A stretch of DNA of 64,000 bases from positions 192,001 through 256,000 of the forward strand of contig JBFWWG010000004.1 in assembly GCA_050246315.1 (NCBI GenBank). The letters are read 5' to 3'. The notes beneath the pieces are model-generated. The model did no database searches. It was not told the DNA's origin and saw only the letters and a list, made by a program, of their open reading frames with translations. The translations under genes and the position numbers were made by a program. Position 1 is the stretch's first letter, and every line of letters begins with the position of its first letter. Source of the stretch: Nitrospiraceae bacterium. Lineage in GTDB: Bacteria; Nitrospirota; Nitrospiria; Nitrospirales; Nitrospiraceae. Positions 59,906 to 64,000 of this stretch are shown here, piece by piece.

Positions 59906-59931
59906 CCAGACATTTCGGGTATAGTGGGGCC

Positions 59932-60825
59932 ATGGCTTCCGGCTCTCATACGCGCCTGGGGCACTCCGCTCCGCGACGGACACGCCGGGCATGGCCGGTG
60001 TTCTCGACATTCCGGCGCCTCATCTGGTCCGGCTGGCGCTTGTTCCGCTCGATGTTCTCCGCCATCATGGCCACGCCGCCGGTGATGCGAGCCGGTCTTG
60101 GCAGCATGGTCGTGCTGCTTCTGTTGCTGACTGGCAATTGGATCTACCATGCGATCCACAAACCGAGCGAGATCTTCTTTCCCTTGGACGGCACGTTCGC
60201 CAAGAGTCCGCGCGAAACCTGGCGGGAGTACGGTTCTCTCTTCCAAGACCATTCCACCGCGGTCATCACGCCCGAGTTGCTGGCGGCGCTCGCCCAGGTC
60301 GAAGGGTCGGGCAACCCCGTGGCGCGGACCTACTGGCGTTGGCGTCTGACATCGAACCCCTTGGAGCTGTACCAACCGGCGTCGAGTGCGGTCGGCATGT
60401 ACCAAATCACCGACGGCACGTTTGACGAGGCGAAGCGCTACTGCATCCACGAGCACGTGGTGATCGCGGAGGGCCCCTGGCACGATATGAAGTCGTGCTG
60501 GTTCAACAGCCTCTACTTCCGCGTCCTGCCGAGCCACGCCATCGAGATGACCGCGGCCCTGCTCGACCGTCAGGTCGGGAGCACGATCGAACGACAGCGC
60601 CTCACCGCCACCCTCCAACAAAAACAGAACCTGGCTGCGGTGATTCATTTGTGCGGAGCCGGGGCGGGTCAAGCCTATGCGGCACGCGGCTTCCGCCTGC
60701 TCCCCCGGCAGAAATGCGGCGACCACGAGGTCGGCGCCTACCTCGCACGCGTGAATACGATGAAGCGACAGTTCGCCCGGCTGAAGATCGTCGATTCCCC
60801 ATCTCCTGTTCTCAAAGCTCGGTGA
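59932..60825 (+). CDS. Membrane-anchored lytic transglycosylase (SLT-like)
   Basis: TM helix, LLAALAQVEGSGN (catalytic Glu motif), AVGMYQIT, terminal YLARV. Start uncertain. Confidence 0.75.
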   Translation: MASGSHTRLGHSAPRRTRRAWPVFSTFRRLIWSGWRLFRSMFSAIMATPPVMRAGLGSMVVLLLLLTGNWIYHAIHKPSEIFFPLDGTFAKSPRETWREYGSLFQDHSTAVITPELLAALAQVEGSGNPVARTYWRWRLTSNPLELYQPASSAVGMYQITDGTFDEAKRYCIHEHVVIAEGPWHDMKSCWFNSLYFRVLPSHAIEMTAALLDRQVGSTIERQRLTATLQQKQNLAAVIHLCGAGAGQAYAARGFRLLPRQKCGDHEVGAYLARVNTMKRQFARLKIVDSPSPVLKAR

Positions 60826-60895
60826 CAGGGTGTTCCGGCCATTGCCTTGCCCATCGTCTTGCTAATCATCCGGCCTTCGGCTAAGAATCCGTAGG

Positions 60896-61426
60896 ATGAA
60901 GCCCATCAGCCGCGGCGCACAGCCGGTGATTCGCATCAGACCAGGGACTGAAGATGATTTCTCGTCGGTGCTCCAGGTACAACAGGAGGCCTTCGAGGAA
61001 TATGCCGCTGTCTACGAGGTCAGCGCCTGGACCAGGGAAACGATCGAGAGTCTCAGGCAGGACGCGCGGGATAAACATCTGCTGGTGGCCGAGGTGGGCG
61101 GTGCGATCGTGGGGTCGGTACGCTATTGGACCGTGGCCGGAGTCTGTGTGATCCGCTTACTCTCCGTCAGTCCTACCCACCAAAGACAGGGCGTGGGAAA
61201 AGCCCTGATGCAGGAGATCGAGCGGGTCACCTCCGATGCCCATAAGTTCTATGCCTGCACGATGCTCCGCACGGCGCGGAATGTTCATTTTTTTCTCAGC
61301 TTGGGATACAGGCCGGAAACCGTACTCCCCAACCACTACCATCATCTCGATCTCATCTGCTTCGCCAAGTATCGCGAGCCGGCAACGGCGCAGGCGGCAT
61401 CCTTCTCGACGGGAGCGACCTCATAG
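60896..61426 (+). CDS. GNAT-family N-acetyltransferase
   Basis: IVGSVR, LSVSPTHQRQGVGKALM, N..FF..LGY. Confidence 0.88.
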   Translation: MKPISRGAQPVIRIRPGTEDDFSSVLQVQQEAFEEYAAVYEVSAWTRETIESLRQDARDKHLLVAEVGGAIVGSVRYWTVAGVCVIRLLSVSPTHQRQGVGKALMQEIERVTSDAHKFYACTMLRTARNVHFFLSLGYRPETVLPNHYHHLDLICFAKYREPATAQAASFSTGATS

Positions 61427-61510
61427 ATTCCAAGCCACCCCGCCAACTGTCGAATGCAACGCTTCACACCCGAAGAATCGTGACCACAAGAAAACCCAGG
61501 ACTGAGATCC

Positions 61511-62695
61511 ATGACTGATCAGACACGCGAACAGACCATAGCTCAGGGGCCCGCCTTTTTCTCCTACGGTTTCCGCCCGTTTTTTCTCGGCGCGGCGCTG
61601 TTTGCCGGCTTGGCGGTACCCGCGTGGATCGCAATGTTTGCGGGAGCCGGAGGTCCGCCCTTCCTCTATGCTCCTCGGGAGTGGCATGTGCATGAGATGG
61701 TCTTCGGCTTCCTCCCCGCGGTGATCACCGGCTTTCTGCTTACGGCAATCCCCAACTGGACCGATCGGCCGCCGGTCATAGGAACGAAGTTGATGCTGTT
61801 GTTTCTGTTGTGGGTGGCCGGACGGGTGGTCATCGCGGTCCCATGGCTTCCTCCTTTCGTCGCCTCCACGATTGATGCCGCGTTTCTGGTTGTGATGGCG
61901 GGGTACGTCTGGCGGGAATTGACCACGGCCGGAACGTGGAGTCACGCGCCGGTGGGAGTGGTGATCAGCCTCTACGCCTGTGCCAACATCCTGTTTCATG
62001 TCCTGGCCCTGAGCGGCGCAGAATCGGACGTGGCCATGCGCATGGCCCTCTCGCTGCTGACGGTCCTGCTCACCTTCATCGGAGGGCGGATTACGCCGAA
62101 CTTCACGAGGGAATACTTGGTCGATCAGCGGATGGCTCAACGGCCTGCTGTGCCGTCCCCATTCGATGTCCCGTCGCTCACACTGACGGCCATCGCCGCC
62201 ATCGCCTGGACCATTCAACCGGATGCCATGGCCACGGGGTGGATCCTGCTGACCGCCGGGCTCTCCATCTTCGGACGCCTATTGCACTGGTACGGCTGGT
62301 TGACCTGGCGCGAGCCGCTCGTGCTGATGCTCCATGTCGGCTATGGCTGGTTGGCGATCGCGATGGTCGCGTTGGGAGGTGCCGGTCTTGGGATAGGGCT
62401 GCCGGCGACGGAGGCGCTGCACGCGCTGACGACCGGCTCCGTGGGTGCGATGACCTTGGCGGTCATGACTCGTGCGAGCCTTGGCCATACGGGGCGTCCC
62501 CGGCATGCCGGTCCCATGACGGTTGGCATCTACTTGCTGGTCAATCTTGGCGCGCTGCTGCGGGTCTTCGGACCAGCGTCCGGCCTCTCTACCAATCTAG
62601 TCCTTGGCATGGCAGCGGCCTGTTGGAGCGGGGCCTATCTGCTGTTTGCCGTGATCTACGGGCCGTTCCTCTTGCGGCCAAGCCTGGATGAATGA
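61511..62695 (+). CDS. nnrS: NnrS family membrane protein
   Basis: GFRPFFLG, WHVHEMVFGF, GFLLTAIPNWT, IGGRITP.FT, EPL..LH.GY, MTRASLGHTGR. Confidence 0.93.
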   Translation: MTDQTREQTIAQGPAFFSYGFRPFFLGAALFAGLAVPAWIAMFAGAGGPPFLYAPREWHVHEMVFGFLPAVITGFLLTAIPNWTDRPPVIGTKLMLLFLLWVAGRVVIAVPWLPPFVASTIDAAFLVVMAGYVWRELTTAGTWSHAPVGVVISLYACANILFHVLALSGAESDVAMRMALSLLTVLLTFIGGRITPNFTREYLVDQRMAQRPAVPSPFDVPSLTLTAIAAIAWTIQPDAMATGWILLTAGLSIFGRLLHWYGWLTWREPLVLMLHVGYGWLAIAMVALGGAGLGIGLPATEALHALTTGSVGAMTLAVMTRASLGHTGRPRHAGPMTVGIYLLVNLGALLRVFGPASGLSTNLVLGMAAACWSGAYLLFAVIYGPFLLRPSLDE

Positions 62696-62723
62696 CCAGA
62701 CGGAGTCATGTGGATGGGAACTG

Positions 62724-62762
62724 GGGTCTGGGAAATGGGGTCTGCTGGGAAATGGGGTCTGG
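62724..62762 (+). repeat. Short tandem repeat TGGGGTCTG, three units
   Basis: TGGGGTCTG-GGAAA-TGGGGTCTG-CTGGGAAA-TGGGGTCTG. Confidence 0.7.
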
Positions 62763-62780
62763 CATGAGTATTGATTTATT

Positions 62781-62960
62781 CAAGGGCGCTCACATCGGTC
62801 CCCCACCATGGCTCGCATTCCTCGCGAGGAATGCTCCGTCGCGCGCGATTGTGTGATCGCCCGCGGCCACCGACGCGCGACGATGAGGGTCCTAGGCAAT
62901 GCGCGGTTGTCTTTTCGAGCGACGCCAGCACAACGCTGGCATCCTGTTTGAGCCTCTTGC
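62781..62960. mobile_element. Degenerate family-B MITE-like element right after the sdaA stop
   Basis: On the minus strand it begins GCAAGAGGCTCAAACAGGATGCCAGC and ends GATGTGAGCGCCCTTG; internal hairpins; loosely similar to the ends at 6440 and 29532. Confidence 0.45.
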
Positions 62961-64000
62961 TCAACAATTCACGACATTGACCGCCAACCCGCCCTTGGCG
63001 GTCTCTTTGTACTTGGCCTGCATGTCCAGCCCGGTCTGTCTCATGGTTTCGATCACTCGGTCCAGGGACACCCGATGGGTCCCGTCTCCGTGCAGCACGG
63101 CGAGGCGAGCGGCGTTGATCTCCTGGGTCGCCCCCATGGTGTTCCGTTCGATACAGGGCACCTGGACCAACCCGCCGACCGGGTCGCAGGTCAACCCGAG
63201 GTGATGTTCCATCCCGATTTCGGCAGCGTTCTCGATCTGTTCGTTGCTGCCGCCCATAACGGCGGCCAGACCGGCGGCGGCCATCGAACAGGCCACCCCC
63301 ACTTCGCCCTGGCAACCCATTTCGGCAGCAGACAACGACGCATTGCGTTTGTACAACAGGCCGATGGCAGCCGCCGTCAGGAGAAAGGTCCGTCCCCCGC
63401 GATCGTCCGCTCCCGGGAGAAACCGACGATAGTAGGCCAGCACGGCCGGAATGACGCCGGCTGCTCCGTTCGTCGGGGCCGTCACCACCCGACCACCGGC
63501 CGCATTCTCCTCGTTGACCGCCAGCGCGAAGAGACTCACCCAATCGAGCGTTGCCAACGGGTCTGCCGTCACCGGTCGTCCTTGGAGACTACGAAACAGT
63601 ATCCCGGCCCGCCGGCGGACTTGCAATCCGCCCGGCAAGAAGCCTTCGCCGCGACAGCCTCGCTCAATACATTGTTCCATCACGTGCCAAATCCGATCGA
63701 GTCCAGCATCGGTTTCTTCCGGGCTGCGCCAGGCCGTTTCGTTCTTCCGCATGAGGTCGGCGATCGAAAGCCGCTCCCGTCGACCGATCGCCAACAACTC
63801 GGCAGCCGATCCGAACTCATAGGGCACGGGGTTCATTGGTGCACACCCGCCCGTGCGACCGGCAGTCGCTTCGTCCTCGCTGACGACGAACCCTCCGCCG
63901 ATAGAATAAAACGTCTGATTGGCGAGTACCTCGCCCATCTGATCGAAAGTCGTGAACGTCAGCCCGCAGGGATGGAGCGGGAGCGAAGCGTCTTCGTGAA
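62961..64000 (-). CDS. sdaA: L-serine ammonia-lyase (Fe-S), 5' part beyond the right edge
   Basis: [67 protein letters not shown]. Frame stays open to the window edge (LPLHPCGL). Confidence 0.95.
   Translation of the reverse strand, partial: HEDASLPLHPCGLTFTTFDQMGEVLANQTFYSIGGGFVVSEDEATAGRTGGCAPMNPVPYEFGSAAELLAIGRRERLSIADLMRKNETAWRSPEETDAGLDRIWHVMEQCIERGCRGEGFLPGGLQVRRRAGILFRSLQGRPVTADPLATLDWVSLFALAVNEENAAGGRVVTAPTNGAAGVIPAVLAYYRRFLPGADDRGGRTFLLTAAAIGLLYKRNASLSAAEMGCQGEVGVACSMAAAGLAAVMGGSNEQIENAAEIGMEHHLGLTCDPVGGLVQVPCIERNTMGATQEINAARLAVLHGDGTHRVSLDRVIETMRQTGLDMQAKYKETAKGGLAVNVVNC

Noticed and set aside
59545..60726. 393-aa minus ORF, and ORFs 30695..31003, 59472..59735 and 29360..29596, as transposases
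   Set aside because: No DDE or HUH motifs; they are antisense shadows or chance frames running through MITEs.
61427..61510. FNR/NnrR box upstream of nnrS
   Set aside because: No TTGAT-N4-ATCAA-like site found by eye.

Overview
GC-rich bacterial chromosomal window. Gene content and repeat families suggest a Nitrospira-like organism (inference, no database search). From left to right: (1) 1-7.3 kb: a truncated secreted TPR gene, a FleQ/NtrC-like sigma-54 regulator, a PAS hybrid kinase, a receiver protein and a monoheme cytochrome c. (2) 7.8-22.3 kb: a minus-strand core run tRNA-Val, tRNA-Asp, tolQ-tolR-tolA-tolB-pal, two cpoB-like genes, mutL-miaA-mtnP-pfkB-pilW-rodZ. (3) 22.4-27.8 kb: xerD, an LpoA-like protein, a site-2 protease and trpS. 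(4) 28-64 kb: accessory genes, including a PAS kinase/NarL pair, DUF151, an MBL hydrolase, an FGE-fold protein, PilZ, two paralogous beta-propeller lipoproteins, prfC, patatin, an ALS-like enzyme, DUF59, nnrS and a partial sdaA. No transposase, phage or CRISPR array was seen. The most interesting signal is non-coding: a roughly 78-nt multi-hairpin module with compensatory changes, present at four loci. At two loci it forms tandem 5' leaders that supply, and could sequester, the Shine-Dalgarno sequence of exported-protein genes; at the other two it is cargo inside MITE-like elements. Two MITE families are present, and one copy cleanly splits a membrane-protein gene. A decayed vapB antitoxin is also present.
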